A stretch of DNA of 64,000 bases. Origin: an uncultured Candidatus Peribacteria bacterium. Its GTDB lineage: Bacteria > Patescibacteriota > Gracilibacteria > BD1-5 > UBA2023. Positions 19,121 through 31,939 of this stretch are shown piece by piece. Where the stretch lies: positions 35 to 64,034 of the forward strand of contig CAZXUQ010000007.1 of the NCBI GenBank assembly GCA_964644075.1, written 5' to 3'. Under the pieces are notes generated by a model. It had not been told where the DNA came from and did not search any database. It was given only the letters and a program-made list of their open reading frames with translations. Position 1 is the first letter of the stretch, and the number at the start of each line of letters is the position of its first letter. The position numbers and the translations under genes were made by a program.

Positions 19121-20635
19121 ATGTCTCTCATGAATATTATCCTCTTAGCCTTTGGAGGATCTCTCGGCGCGGCTATCACATTTTTTTTCGCTCAGAGTAA
19201 GCAGAAATCTGTATGAAACGCTCTCATAAAAGAAGCCGAATGACGAGCAAAAAATATCATCAGTACAGCCGAAGCAAATCGCGATGCCATCAGAAAAGAA
19301 ATCGAAGATGCCAAGAGCGACCTCAAGGATCGTAAAGAGAGTATCACAGAAAGTGAAAACCGTCTCATCGAGAAAGAAAAAAGACTCGATGGAAAATTTG
19401 AAGAAATCGATGCCAAGCGTGTTGCTCTGACAGAGAAAGAACGTACACTCGAGGAAAAACTCGAAATCGCAGACAAAAAGTCTCTCGAGATCGAAAACAA
19501 GCTCGAGTCTGTCGCAAAACTTTCTCAGGATGAAGCCAAAGAACTCCTCATGAAATATACCGAGGAACGCTACGAAAAAGATATCCTCGGTCTCATCGAA
19601 AAGAAAAAGAAAGATCTCAAGACTCGTGAACTCGATGCAACTCGGGAAATCCTTATCAAAAGTATCCAACAATACGCCTGAGAGGTCTGTGGAGAAACAA
19701 CACAGACACTTGTCACGCTCCCAAGCGATGATCTCAAAGGAAAACTCATCGGAAAGGAGGGGCGCAATATCGTCGCTTTCGAAAAAGCAACCTGAGTATC
19801 TCTCATCATCGACGATGCTCCTGACACGGTTTTTCTCTCGAGTTTTGACCTGTTTCGTCGCTACATAGCAAAGAAATCTCTCGAGGAACTCCTCGAAGAT
19901 GGACGTATCCAGCCAGCTCGCATAGAGGAAGTGGTAGAGAAAAACCAAAAAGAAGCAGAAAAACTCATCGCAGACCTCGGGCGCAAAACAGTCGAAGAAA
20001 TGGGCGTGATCGGTATCCCTGACGAGATCCTTCCTCTTATCGGAAAATTTCGATTTCGTACGAGCTATGGGCAAAATATCCTCATGCACTCAAAAGAAGT
20101 CGCCTATATCGCTGAAGCGATCGCGAAGATGATTGGTGCTGATCCAGTACTCGCTCTCAAGGGCGGACTCCTCCACGACCTCGGGAAAGCCATGGATCAT
20201 GATATCGAAGGAACACACCCAGAGATCGGTGGTCGCATCGCTCGCAAGTACGGACTCGATGATAAAATCGTCAATATTATCGAAGGGCACCATGATGACG
20301 TACCACAGATCTGTATCGAGACTAAGATCGTCCAAATCGCCGACGCCATCTCGGCAGTCAGGCCCGGAGCTCGGCGTATGAATGTGGAAGACTACATCAA
20401 GCGTATCCAAGAGATGGAAAATATTGCCATGAGCTATCCATGAGTAGCAAAAGCCTATGCGCTTTCTGCTGGTCGTGAGATCCGAGTATTTGTCGATGCT
20501 GATACGGTATCAGACCTCGAAGCAGAGAAAAGAGCATGAGAGATCGCTGCCCAGATAGAAGCAAACTGCAACTACCCATGAGAGATCAAGGTGATCATCT
20601 ATCGCGAGAAAAAGATCGTAGAATACGCAAAATAA
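19121..20635 (+). CDS. rny: Ribonuclease Y (N-terminal TM, coiled coil, KH and HD domains)
   Basis: [23 protein letters not shown]..., [20 protein letters not shown] (KH), [17 protein letters not shown]...GLLHDLGKA...EGHHDD (HD). Several in-frame TGA. The large antisense ORF 19145-20089 is spurious. Confidence 0.9.
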
Positions 20636-20647
20636 TCACGTTACCCT

Positions 20648-21442
20648 ATGTTTCCCACCATCGAAATTTTTGGAGTTACTTTCTATACGTTCGGCACACT
20701 GATGGCCTGTACATGGTTCTTATTTTTTATACTCCTTCATCGAGCTTCGTGGAAACATGGGATCCATAAGCCAGTATTCGCAGCGATTGTACCCTTTACT
20801 CTTTCGATGTTTTTCTTTGGTCGGTTTTTTTATATCCTCGCTGAGTGGGTAGAACAAAAATTCATTCTCATGGAGCTCGTCCATGGTAATATTGTCTCTT
20901 TCCTTCGACTCTTTTTTATCCCACAGGACTACTTTTTCTCGCTATTTGGTGCAGTGTTTGGATTTTTTCTCGTATTTTTTATCCTCACTGAGGATCATAA
21001 AAAAGATCGTCGTAAATACCTCGATGCTATCATGGAGGCATTTCTCTGGGCTGGACTGCTTGGATATTTCGCTGCGCTTCTCTGAGGACAGATATATGGT
21101 GTCAGCTGGAATTCTCCATTTTCTCTCATATATGATCATAAAAATAGCATAGTAAACTATAGGACGCCTCTTTTTCCGCTCGCTATCGTCTATATACTGT
21201 CCTTGGTTGGGATTATTTTCAGTATAAAAAAACTCTCTCATCTCGACCTCCCTCATGGATATAGAGGATATGTAACCTTAGCGGTATTCTCGGCTGTTAT
21301 TTTCATTCTCGAGTTTTTGAGCGGATCGAGAAAAGATATATTTTACGACTACTTCTCCTTGAGTCTGTCGCAGATTGGGGCTGTCATAGGTATTATCGTA
21401 TCTATTCTCGGCATACTCCGGATATCCAATTCTCGCTTGTAG
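20648..21442 (+). CDS. lgt: Prolipoprotein diacylglyceryl transferase-like membrane protein
   Basis: Seven-TM-like profile collinear with Lgt (GRFFYILAEW, FFSLFGAVFGFFLV, LLG(TGA)GQIYG, YVTLAVFSAVIFILEFL). Two fragments joined by one TGA. Confidence 0.55.
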
Positions 21443-21446
21443 ACAT

Positions 21447-22970
21447 ATGTATTCTCATCCACGGGCACTTTTTCTGGTATTTGGTATTGGTTTGCTTGTG
21501 TGAGTATGCACTTTCACACATACGCCATACCTGCTTTTGTGTGTCTTTTTCGTTTTGGGCATCATATTTTTTTCTCTCGAGAGAGCGCGCCAGGTGGCCT
21601 CGATCATTGCCTGTCTTACGAGTGCGATACTTTCTTGATCATGGATAGCACAAAATGCATATAACACTCATATACGAGAGTATGAGCTCATACGAAGTCT
21701 GACTCACGATTTCCAGTCTGGAGCAGTAAATATCACCTGAGAGGTGAAAAAGGAGGTTTTTCGAAATGATCGTTCTCAGACATATCTCCTCAAGATTACG
21801 AACTTCGACAACTTCGACAACTTCGACACACTTTCGCCATGACTGACAAAATGAGGTTTTCCTTGATGAGAAAAAGAAGATCCCTATATTTTTGTCGAGA
21901 TTCCTGTCAATCTTTCTCTCTGAGTTGGCGAAGAAATCTCATTTCGAGGGAAGGTCAGGGAAGTACTCCATTTTCCTCTCGTCGGGTATGATCGATTTGC
22001 ATTTTTTTCGAAAGGGTATGGTTCTGTCTTTGTCCCGACATTTTCACGGCGAGAGAAAAAAGAGCACGCGACTCTCGCAAGTATACGAAGTGCTGCGATT
22101 AAACTCATACACAAACACTTTCCTCTCGACGTAGCAGGAACAATCCTCGGGATGACAATAGGATCTGTAGAGCTTCTCTGAGATGAGACAAAACATGCAT
22201 TCACACAGAGTGGAATCTCTCACATTCTCGTAGTTAGTGGCTCAAATATTGCTTTTCTCATCCTTCTCGTTTCGTTTTTTCTCAAATACATACCTCTCCC
22301 CACCCGTGTCGTGCAAGTATTGGTTGTTGGGAGTATTCTTTTTTATGGAACACTCGTATCATGGGATATTTCTGTCATACGAGCCGCTATTATGGGTAGT
22401 CTTTCCTATATGATTGCTACGTGAGGGAAGAGAGTTTCCACAAAATCGAGTCTCATACTCGCACTCATACTCCTGACGATCGTAAGCCCACTTGCCCCAC
22501 TCTATGATGCTGGTTTTGGATTATCTTTTTCTGCGACACTCGGAATTCTCCTCTTTGAACCGAGAATCTCAGGGTACTGCTCTCGTATAGGTATACCGAA
22601 ATATATCGAGGAAATCCTTGCTGTCAGTATAGGTGCTATGATAGGAAGTCTGCCAATACTTATCTATCACTTCGAAGCGATAGCACCACTCTGACTCATC
22701 GCAAATTTTCTGATCGCACCAGTAGTCGGATGGATACTTTTTACAACTACCGCTTTTCTTGGGATAGCATCCATTTCTTCTTTGCTTGGATACTATTTTG
22801 GCTACCTTATCTATATACCAACTCACTATCTCCTCTGGGTAAGTGATATATTTGGCCATTTCGAGTCGTATCGGATACCCTCACAGGTGGCTCTTTTTAT
22901 CTCTGTATTTTTCCTCGGGATGTTTATCGTCTGGTTTCTCGTACCAGAAATACGCTTTAAAAAAGCATAG
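21447..22970 (+). CDS. comEC: ComEC/Rec2-family DNA internalisation channel, short form without a metallo-beta-lactamase domain
   Basis: N-terminal TM plus OB-like region, then competence-domain motifs FTQSGISHILVVSGSNIAFL, VIRAAIMGSLSY, YDAGFGLSFSATLGILLF, SIGAMIGSLPILIYHFE. Frame checked line by line; only TGA interruptions. Confidence 0.8.
21801..21827 (+). repeat. Tandem (AACTTCGAC)x3 inside comEC, encoding NFDNFDNFD
   Basis: Read directly. Followed by CACACTTTCGCCA, so the segment carries three TTCGACA and one TTCGCCA heptamers. Confidence 0.9.
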
Positions 22971-23682
22971 AACTTTCTATTTCACGAGAAGTTTTGAGAT
23001 CGCCATCAGCATGTTCGAGAAATTTTTTGAGAGAATTCTCATGGACAGAGAGGATATACTCAGCATATGCAGTTGCTTTCTTCGTATCGATTTCTACGTT
23101 TCTCAGGTGGAGGAAAAAAATAAAAAACGTCGAAAGAGCCTCTCGAGCAAAGACCCTTTTTGGTCCAGAAATGAGTGTCAAAAGTTTTTGGTGCAAAATC
23201 GTAGAGCTCTCCTGATGTCAGAGAAATCGCTCTGTATCGGAAAGCCATAGTGTAATCCACTCTCTGATTGACGGGTCGATCGTCTTATCATCAAAGGCAA
23301 CTCGGTTCGGATAGGTATGAATGTGTGTGTATCTCTCGAGGTCGTCATGTCGACCAAGGTACGTAGCAATATAGAGGGCTGCTTCCCCGAAAAACAAAGA
23401 AATGGCTGAAAGTATATACCGAGAAGAAAATGTTTCTTCGAGAAGTTTTGAGACTACTGGGATGAGCTCTTCGTAGAGGGGGTTTTGGATAAATCGAAGG
23501 AGAACAGCAAAAAGTGCATCGTTATCTCTCTGGGCTTTTTTTTCGTCTTTTTGGGTTTTTTGGAGTTGAGCTTGGGCTTTTTTTGCTTTCTCTTTTTGCT
23601 TTTCACTGACTTCAGGAGCGCCTTCTTTACTCCCAGAAGCACCCTCTGATCACTCGGAGATGTCGATATCGTCGAGAGACAT
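22957..23682 (-). CDS. Hypothetical protein (241 aa), downstream of glyA
   Basis: Continuous frame MSLDDIDISEG(TGA)SEGASGSKEGAPEVSEKQKEKAKKAQAQLQ...ending ...REIESSMLF-TAA. Start 3 nt after the glyA stop. Overlaps the comEC 3' end by 14 nt (convergent). Confidence 0.5.
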
Positions 23683-23684
23683 AT

Positions 23685-24920
23685 TTATGGTATAGGATAA
23701 GCTTCACAAAGGGTCTTTACCTCATTTTTGAGGCTAGTAAGCAGACTATCATCTTGGTGGTTTTTAAGGGCGCGTACGATGATATCTGCGACTTGCTTCA
23801 CTGCGTCTTCTCTCATCCCTCGAGTTGTGATAGCTGGGGTTCAGAGACGAATACCCGATGGGTCGAGTGGCTTGCGTGGGTCGTATGGGATCATGTTTTT
23901 ATTGCAAGATATCCCTGCTTTCTCGAGAGCAAGTTCAGCTTCTTTTCCAGTGATACCAAGTGAACCAAAGACATCAAGAAGAATAATATGGTTTTCTGTG
24001 CCTCAAGATATTACTCTGATGCCATTTTCCATGAATTTGTCAGACATGGCGATCGAATTGTCAATGACTTGTCGAGCATAGTTCTGAAACTCAGGCTTCA
24101 GTGCTTCACCAAATGCTATTGCCTTGGCAAGGTTCGTATGATCGTGTGGACCTCATTGAACTCCAGGGAATACCGCTTTTGCGATATCTGGACCGTATTT
24201 TTCCTTCGCCATGATCATAGCCCCTCGAGGACCACGGAGGGTCTTGTGTGTCGTTGTCGTGACGATATCACAGTAAGGAACAGGATTTTCGATCACTTTT
24301 CCAGCAACCAAACCAGCGATATGAGCAATATCAGCCATGAGTATGGCTCCTGTAGCATCTGCGATAGCTCGAAATCGAGCCCAGTCGAGTGATCGAGAGT
24401 ATGCAGAAAACCCTGCAAGGATGAGTTTTGGCTTATGCTCATGAGCGAGTCGCTCTACTTCATCCATATCAATGCGCTCTGTCTCTCGATCGAGCACGTA
24501 TGGGACAATATTGTAGGTTTTTCCAGAAAAATTGAGTGGGTGACCGTGTGTGAGGTGTCCGCCCTGATCAAGGGAGAGTCCGAGGATAGTATCTCCAGGA
24601 GAGAGAACGGCAAGAAACACTGCGAGGTTCGCTGGCGAGCCAGAAAGTGGCTGAACATTGATATACTCAGCACCAAACAGTGCCTTAGCACGCTCGATAG
24701 CGAGATTTTCTGCCTGATCGATAAACTCCTGTCAGGCGTAGTATCGCTTTCCTGGGTATCCTTCTGAGTATTTATTAGTGAGTATTGAACCATTTGCCTC
24801 GAGGACAGCCTTCGATACATAGTTTTCACTCGCGATGAGCTCGAGCTCATATTTTTGGCGGTTTTCCTCTCCTGTGAGGATATCATATGCTACTGGGTCT
24901 TGTGATTGGATAAAAGACAT
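23685..24920 (-). CDS. glyA: Serine hydroxymethyltransferase
   Basis: [36 protein letters not shown](TGA)G..., [20 protein letters not shown] (PLP-lysine motif). 411 aa with TGA read as Gly. Confidence 0.95.
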
Positions 24921-25011
24921 AAATGAAGTGGTAAGTATAAAGTAAACGCTCGTGCGTCTTTTTTAGTCGAGACGAAGATTTGGGTTTGATAGATATACCA
25001 TGCGTATGAGA

Positions 25012-26256
25012 TTATTTACTAAAGTCGCTTCCGGAAAATGATTCTATTGTTTTTTTGGTGTCTTTGTTTCCTGAGAGAGATTGTATGATTTTATACGCGC
25101 CGTCAAGTTGGCGGTCAAATTTTTGTGAAAAATCTCGATCAAAAAGAGGAATAACAATATCTGGAGTAATACCATTTCCATCGATACTTTTATCTTTTGG
25201 AGTAAACCAACGACCGATGGTGAGTTTCAGGATGCTTCCATCCTCGAGAACAAACGGGGTCTGAACCGATCATTTTCCGTATGTTTTCTCTCCTACGATA
25301 ATGGCACGACCATAGTCCTGGAGCGCTCACGCAAAAATCTCTGTCGCCGAGGCTGAGAGGGAATTGACGATGATAACGAGAGGGGTCTTGGTATTGGTAT
25401 TTGTCTCTTCTGTCGTATACGTCATATACTCCTCAGGTGATTCTCTGTGGTTTTCTCTCGTGCGGACAGCAACCTGATGTGATGGGAGAAAGAGAGAAAG
25501 GAGATCAACAGAAGTATCGAGGTACCCTCAGCCGTTATTTCGGAAATCTAAAATAATCGATGTTGCTCATGAGTGTATGACATTTTCTAGGCTTTTCCTA
25601 AACTCCTCTGTCGTATGGTCTCAGAAAAATGCAACCTCGATATATCAGACAGAACCCGTAAGCATTTTTTCTGTAGTGGACGGAAGTAAAATCATATCTC
25701 TCGTTACGGTGACGCTTTTTTCTTCAAACACGTCTCCATGAAGAAACTTCAGAACTGCTTGTGATCATTTTGGTCAGCGAATTTTTTTTACAGCATCTTC
25801 GACTGACATACCGATGAGTGAAACATCTCCAACATGAGTAATAATATCTCAGGCTCAGAGTCATGCTTTTTCTGCTGGTGACGAGGGGAATACTTTCCTG
25901 ATAATAATCCCTCGCATATGTTCATCTATCACTGCTCAAATCCCTTCAAAATCTCCTCTGAGTACCTCAGAAAATTCTTTTGCTTCTTTTTGTGGAAAGT
26001 AGGTACTATGTTTGTCACCGAGAGCAGAGACCAGGGAAGTGATAACACCATTCTCGATATCTTCTTTCTTTTTGAGAGAAAATTTATAGTACTCTTTTTC
26101 TATTACTTTCTTTACTTCTTCTATTTTTGGAGAGGAAAATATATCAACTGGCGCTCATGTGGATGTTATTTCTTTTGGAGAAATCACCATACCCAGAACA
26201 CCTCCAAGAAGAAAAATAAAAAGTGTGAAGAAAATGTTTTTTTGTGAAAAACTCAT
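25012..26256 (-). CDS. ctpA: S41 family C-terminal processing peptidase (Ctp/Prc-like)
   Basis: No fragment of 60 aa or more appears in the standard-code track, but the minus frame has no TAA/TAG over 414 codons (checked triplet by triplet). N-terminal TM, PDZ-like SPAEKAGLGAGDIITHV, LDFRNNGGGY, VNSLSASATEIFAGAL and TYGKGSVQ catalytic motifs. Confidence 0.85.
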
Positions 26257-26575
26257 GCGAAAAATAGAGAAAAATGAAAGAGAACTTCAGTGTAGGAAAA
26301 TGTAGAGAAAACACAAATCAATATTTTTCTCTTTTTCACAGAAATAGTATTGTAAAAAACTCTAGTAGTGTGGCTTTATCTAGACTTTATTAATAGAAAT
26401 ATTTTGTTTTTTTGTGAAAAATTCCAGGAAGAAAATACCTCGTAATAAAGATAGAATTTTTTTAAAAACGAACCTACTACTAATACTAAAATACATATAT
26501 ATATTTTCTTATTTTTTGGAACACAGATTCTCTTGTAAAAAAGAAAAAACCTGTATACTTTGAGAAAAATATATT

Positions 26576-26806
26576 ATGGTTGTTCCTCCTCTCATTTCTT
26601 CGCGAAAAGAAAAAGAAGATTTTCTTAAGTTTATCGTAGCATCCCTTACTATATCTCCCTCAGAAAAAGATCTTTACAACATCTGTGTGGAAGTGCTTGA
26701 AGGAAATGATTTTGAAACATTTTTTCAAAAAATAGCCATGCAAGTTCAATCACACTGAGAAACTCAAAAAACTTCTATCGAACCACTCACATCAAATTTT
26801 ATCTAA
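26576..26806 (+). CDS. Small hypothetical protein (76 aa)
   Basis: ORF 26576-26758 continues through one TGA to TAA at 26804-26806. First gene of a tightly packed plus-strand gene string. Confidence 0.4.
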
Positions 26807-26809
26807 CCT

Positions 26810-28171
26810 ATGCAATTTCGTGCCGTCTGTTCGAAATGAAATCAGAAACTCACCCTTTCTCTCTCTGCTTCTAGTATCGATGAAGCGCGTTCTTTGCTCC
26901 ATGGACAGGGATATTCTATCATGGAAATCCAGGAAGCATGAAGTGATATTCCAACACAAGAGAGTAGTAGTGATAATTTTTTTTACTTTGATGCCATCAT
27001 TAACGGACAGGTAAAATCATGAAAAATCCAATCTGTAGATGTGTTTAAGGCATATACGAAACTCGTCGACGACCTCGGGTATAATATCCTCTACATCTAC
27101 ACAACCGAGGGGATGAATGAAACACAAAAAAAAGTCATCACTGCAAAAGTAAAAGATGGCTATGTGATGTATAAGCAGAGTATGGGTATAGATATTTCTG
27201 AGAAAAGAATTCAAAGCGAAAAAGAAGTAGCGATGGCAGAGATTTCTCCTATGGTTTTAAGAGAACTAGAAAGTTATAATAGTATTATTGATTCTACCGT
27301 AGAAAAGATCCAAAATCTTTTTCTCAAATATCACAAAACCATCACCCCAGAGAAAAAAAGTGAGCTCGAAGGGATACAGGCAACCCTTGTTCAAACAAAA
27401 TGAACTTCCAATCTCGGAAGAATGAAGAATGTCGTAGAAAATGCTCTTACTGTGGTCGGAAAAGTAGAAGCAGATCTTATAAAATGAGGTGTCGATACAG
27501 AAAAACAAAAACTCCTCGAAGAAACAAACTCTCTCCTCAAAAAGATCTGATCCTCAGAACGTATCGAAACCAACGAAACAAAAGCGGTCGATATCGGAAA
27601 GAGTATCTCAAACTTTTTTGACTCCTTCCAAAAAAAAGATGTCTCAAAATCTGAGCAAAAAAAGAAGGTTGATACCAACTCATTCATCTTTTATAAAAAC
27701 CTTCGTGAACTCGATATCTATAAAAAAAATCTGAACAAAGTGGTTATCGATATCATAAAAGCTTTGTTTTCTTTGCAATTCACACAAGTAAAACGTCTCA
27801 GGCTCAAGAAAAAACTCCTCGAACAAGATATTCAAATCATCGACAACCGAATACACAACAGAAATATTTCCTATACAAAAATCGTAAAAGGAACACAGTA
27901 CTACACGGATATTCTGCTTAAGACATTTCAATCTATCGGAGATATATTTCTCTACTGACTTCTCATGTACACTATGCTGTATATGGTTGTCTCTTCTCTG
28001 CGCGCACTTTTTCCTCAGATCCAGTTTTCTATCGAGACACGCTTCTTCTTTTTTATAGCGATTTTTTCCTGTGTTGCCTTTCTTTTTTCGTTTTTTCGGT
28101 CCATTCTCTCGATCCTTGTCGGACTTGGTGCGTTTCTTTTTCTTTTTGTATTTCTCTCGACCAACTTCTAA
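26810..28171 (+). CDS. Hypothetical membrane-anchored protein (453 aa): two N-terminal GspF/PilC-N-like beta-alpha units, a coiled coil and C-terminal TM helices
   Basis: MQFRAVCSKG(TGA)NQKLTLSLSASSIDEARSLLHGQGYSIMEI and FYFDAIINGQVKSG(TGA)KIQSVDVFKAYTKLVDDLGYNILYI repeat the same pattern. K/E-rich middle. Three hydrophobic helices at the C-terminus. Confidence 0.5.
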
Positions 28172-28174
28172 ACA

Positions 28175-29377
28175 ATGTATGCACTTATCATCGCCATACA
28201 TGCAATCTTTGTCTGAGTAGCACATTTGCTTGGGTACCGTATTTTTGAGTGAGTGTTCCTCCTTCTCGGGTGTTTTTTTCTCTTTTACTTCTCTCCGCTT
28301 TTTTTCCTCGACCAAGAAGAGAAAAAATCCGAAAAAAATATTGCTTCACTGGGTGAGTTTTTTACGAGATTTTCTCTTAAAGAATCTATTATTCTCCCTC
28401 TTTCATTTTTTTATATCGGTCTCTATCTCTTGTTTTTCTCTATTTTTTGATCGAGAGAAAGTTTTATCTTCATCCATAGTGCTATTGTCATCGGTCTCTA
28501 TCTCTTGTTTTTCGGGTATACTCTCGCATTTTACTGGAAACATGATACGTATTTTGAGAGTTTACGATTTCAGAGTGTTTTTACTCTCGTGACGACTCTC
28601 CTTCTCCTCTTGTACTGATGGTACAACGATGTTATGAACCCGAGTCTTCTCCTTCTCCTCATTTTCCTTTGAGTGATTTCGAGTGTATTTCTTCTCTCCT
28701 ATACAAAAAAAGAATCCACTCTTTTTATCACCCTTCTTCTCCTTTCTTTTTATGCCATTGTCTCCCTTCTGAGTAGTATTTTCTTCTGAGAGATGAGTCT
28801 AACTTGAGTCATAACAGTCTTCTTCATTTTTTCTCTCCTCGTATTTGAGTACTTTCCGAAAATCCCAATCTTTTCTCTTTATAGTGAGATTATCCGACGA
28901 ATTTCTCTCGCTATCACTCTCATGTTGGTGAGTGTGCTTATTTTTCTAGTATTTCGCTCTATGGAGACGCTTGCTATCCTTTGTCTCGTATGAGCGGTTC
29001 TCTTTTTTCTCTCGATCCACATACGCTTCACGAATTATATCACGTATGTATGAGCTCTGGTATTGATATTTTTTCTCTACTCGATGATATTTTCCGGACT
29101 CATAGCAGCAGGGGCTCCGTTTCCGACATTTCTTTTTGTCTTCTTCCTTTCAGTGCTCCTCCTCTCGATGAGTTATCTTATCGAGGAGGCGCATGATTAT
29201 GACTTCATTATCCTTCACTATTCGTCCATTGCTTTTAGTAGTATTGCCTCGATTTATGTCATATTTTTTGTATCATGGGGTGACGATATTCTTTTTATGT
29301 TAGCACTTTGTGTATTTGGTATCGCTCTCCTTCTTTTTCTCTCATACTTTCGTTTTCGTAACCATAAACACGCCTAA
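28175..29377 (+). CDS. Polytopic integral membrane protein (about 400 aa), no recognisable family
   Basis: Ten or more hydrophobic segments (for example LLGCFFLFYFSPLFF, IVIGLYLLFFGYTLAFYW, LIAAGAPFPTFLFVFFLSVLLL). Continuous frame with TGA only, ending at TAA 29375-29377. Confidence 0.55.
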
Positions 29378-29380
29378 TAT

Positions 29381-30775
29381 ATGATCACTCGTATCACCGA
29401 CCTCAAAAAATCCAAAGCCCACACACTCACGATCGAGTACATTGATGCAAAATCTGGGGAATACTATAAGAAACTCGGCTTTGATCCTCGTATTCTCGAG
29501 CAGGCAGCAAAAAACCACGCTCTGAAAAAGGACGCTGAAAAAACCATGACATTTTATGGAGACTTTTTCTGAGCGAAAAAAATCGTAATTTTTTTCCCAA
29601 AAAAGGATAGTCTCACTGATGATCGCGCAGATCACCTCAGAAACATAGAGAAAAACACGTTATACGTCCCTGCAAGTGATTTTACGAGCGCTTTCGAGAC
29701 ATATGTCCTCTCCACATATGTCTATGATCGTTTCCTCTCGAAAAAAGAGGAAAAATCTCTTTCTCTCTATGTTCCACCAAACGAGAAGGAGTGAGTCGAA
29801 GCAACAATTCCCCTCCTTGAAGCGATCATAGCGACGAGAGACATCATCAACCAACCCCCGACAGACACTCGTCCAGAGGCATTTGTCGAGTATATCGAGG
29901 CTATCAAGTGGAAACACTTCAAACTCCGTATCATTGATGCGACCGAGCTCAAGAAACTCGGATGTAACCTCCTCCTTGCTGTCTGAGCAGGAAGTGACTA
30001 TCCACCGTATATGGTCATCCTCGAGCGCATCAATGATAAAAAAAAGGATACCTATGCTCTCATCGGAAAGGGGGTGACATTTGACGCTGGAGGGATACAA
30101 ATCAAGCCCGACACTGCTATGCTCGATATGAAGTGTGATATGTCAGGAGCGGCAGGGATGCTCGGGGTAGCTCGGTATCTCGATACTTTCGATACTCTCC
30201 CGGTGAATCTCATCATCGGCCTCGGTATCACAGAAAATATGACCTGAGGCAAGGCATTCAAACCACTGGATATCTATAAAGCCTACAATGGTACTACAGT
30301 AGAAATCCACCACACAGACGCGGAAGGACGTCTCGTACTCGCTGATGTCATGTGATATATCGACGATAAATACGCACCAAAACACATGATCACCATGGCG
30401 ACACTCACAGGAGCGTGTGTCTATGCGCTCGGACATGATATCGCCGGAATTATGGGTGATGATGAGAGCGTTATCAAGGCACTCATGAATGCAACATCCC
30501 CATATGAGCCCCTCTGGAGACTCCCACTCAATGAAAAACTGAAAAAATCTCTCAAAACAGATATAGCGGACCTCAAAAATGTGGCGCGATCAGAAAAAGC
30601 AGGATCGTCTATCGGTGGAGCGTTTCTCTCCTACTTCCAGGGTAAATCCAAACTGACGCATCTCGATATCGCTGGACCAGCATATCGCGAGACGACGTGG
30701 GGGTATATGCCAAAGTGAGCGACAGGATGGTGAGTGAAAATCCTCTCAGAGTTTATACTCGGACTCAAGAAATAA
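29381..30775 (+). CDS. pepA: M17 leucyl aminopeptidase
   Basis: [44 protein letters not shown] motifs. Three same-frame fragments joined by TGA. Confidence 0.9.
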
Positions 30776-30778
30776 ACC

Positions 30779-31324
30779 ATGTCAGTACAGATTACATATT
30801 TCGTTCACGGTACGACAAAAGATAATGAAGATGGGATATCTTCAGGTTGGTCAGATGTAGAGCTTTCTGAGCTTTGACGAGAGCAGTCTCGGAAGCTCTG
30901 AGAACTTACACAAAATAGTTTTTTTGATGCAGTTTTTTGTTCTGACCTTATTCGAGCAGTAGAAACTACTCAAATTGCTTTCGAGGGAAAATATCCTATT
31001 TTTCGAGACCCTCGTCTTAGAGAGTGCGATTATGGGGAATACAACGGAAAACCTTCACAAATTGTCGAACCAATACAAGAAAAATCTATACATACTCCAT
31101 TTCCTCACTGAGAATCTTACGAAGAGGTAAAAATCCGCATAGAAGACTTCCTGGGCTATATAGTAGAAAACTACCAAGGTAAACATATCGCAATAGTTTC
31201 ACATAGGGCTCCACAACTTGCCCTAGATGTCATACTCCACTGAAAATCATGGGATCAAGCATTTCAAGAAGATTGGCGAAAGATATGAGCCTGGCAAGCA
31301 GGATGGTCCTATACTCTTGACTAG
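30779..31324 (+). CDS. Histidine phosphatase family protein (phosphoglycerate-mutase-like)
   Basis: Frame-verified start MSVQITYFVHGTTKDNEDGISSGWSDVELSELG(TGA)REQ, with H at the catalytic RHG-motif position, and later IAIVSHRAP. Confidence 0.7.
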
Positions 31325-31325
31325 C

Positions 31326-31937
31326 ATGAAAATTCTCAAAATTTTGAAAGACATATTTCTCGAGGAGGATGGGAGGGGACTTTCGCCATCTTCGCCAAAA
31401 AATCTCACAACACACTATCGTGGCGAACTTCGACATATCGAGTGTGATGAAATCTGTACATGAGGAGAATATGCAGAACTAGAAAAGAAAATTGAACGAT
31501 ATAAATACCACTCAGACCGCTCTCTTTCTCGAGAGCTTGGCCAAGTTTTGGCGAAGTGTGTCGAAGTTTCTCGCCTTTATGGCGAATACGATGACTGGGT
31601 CGTTGTGCCTGTTGCGATGCACTGGAGCCGGTATATTCTCAGAGGATTTCACCACACGGGGTACTTGGCAAAAGTTTTTGGAAAAACACATAATCTCCTC
31701 TATAGGCCGCTTCTCTCTACACGCTATACCCCTCGCCAATCCAAACTTTCTCGAACGCTACGAATAAAAAATAAAAAGAATTCATTTTCCATAAAAAATG
31801 GGTATACTGTCCCCTCGCATATCATCCTCATCGATGATGTGGTTTCTTCTGGATCTACGCTTCATGAAGCATCTACTGTTCTCAAGGCTGCTGGAACCAA
31901 AGTTGTCATTTGTTTTACCCTCGCATCCAACCAATAA
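31326..31937 (+). CDS. comFC: ComF family protein (phosphoribosyltransferase-type)
   Basis: C-terminal PRTase loop [26 protein letters not shown] and ComF-type middle region [18 protein letters not shown]. Confidence 0.75.
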
Positions 31938-31939
31938 TC

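Noticed and set aside
19145-20089. 314-aa minus-strand ORF
   Set aside because: It is antisense to a clear RNase Y gene. Its composition is Phe/Cys/Asp-rich and low in complexity, with no motifs.
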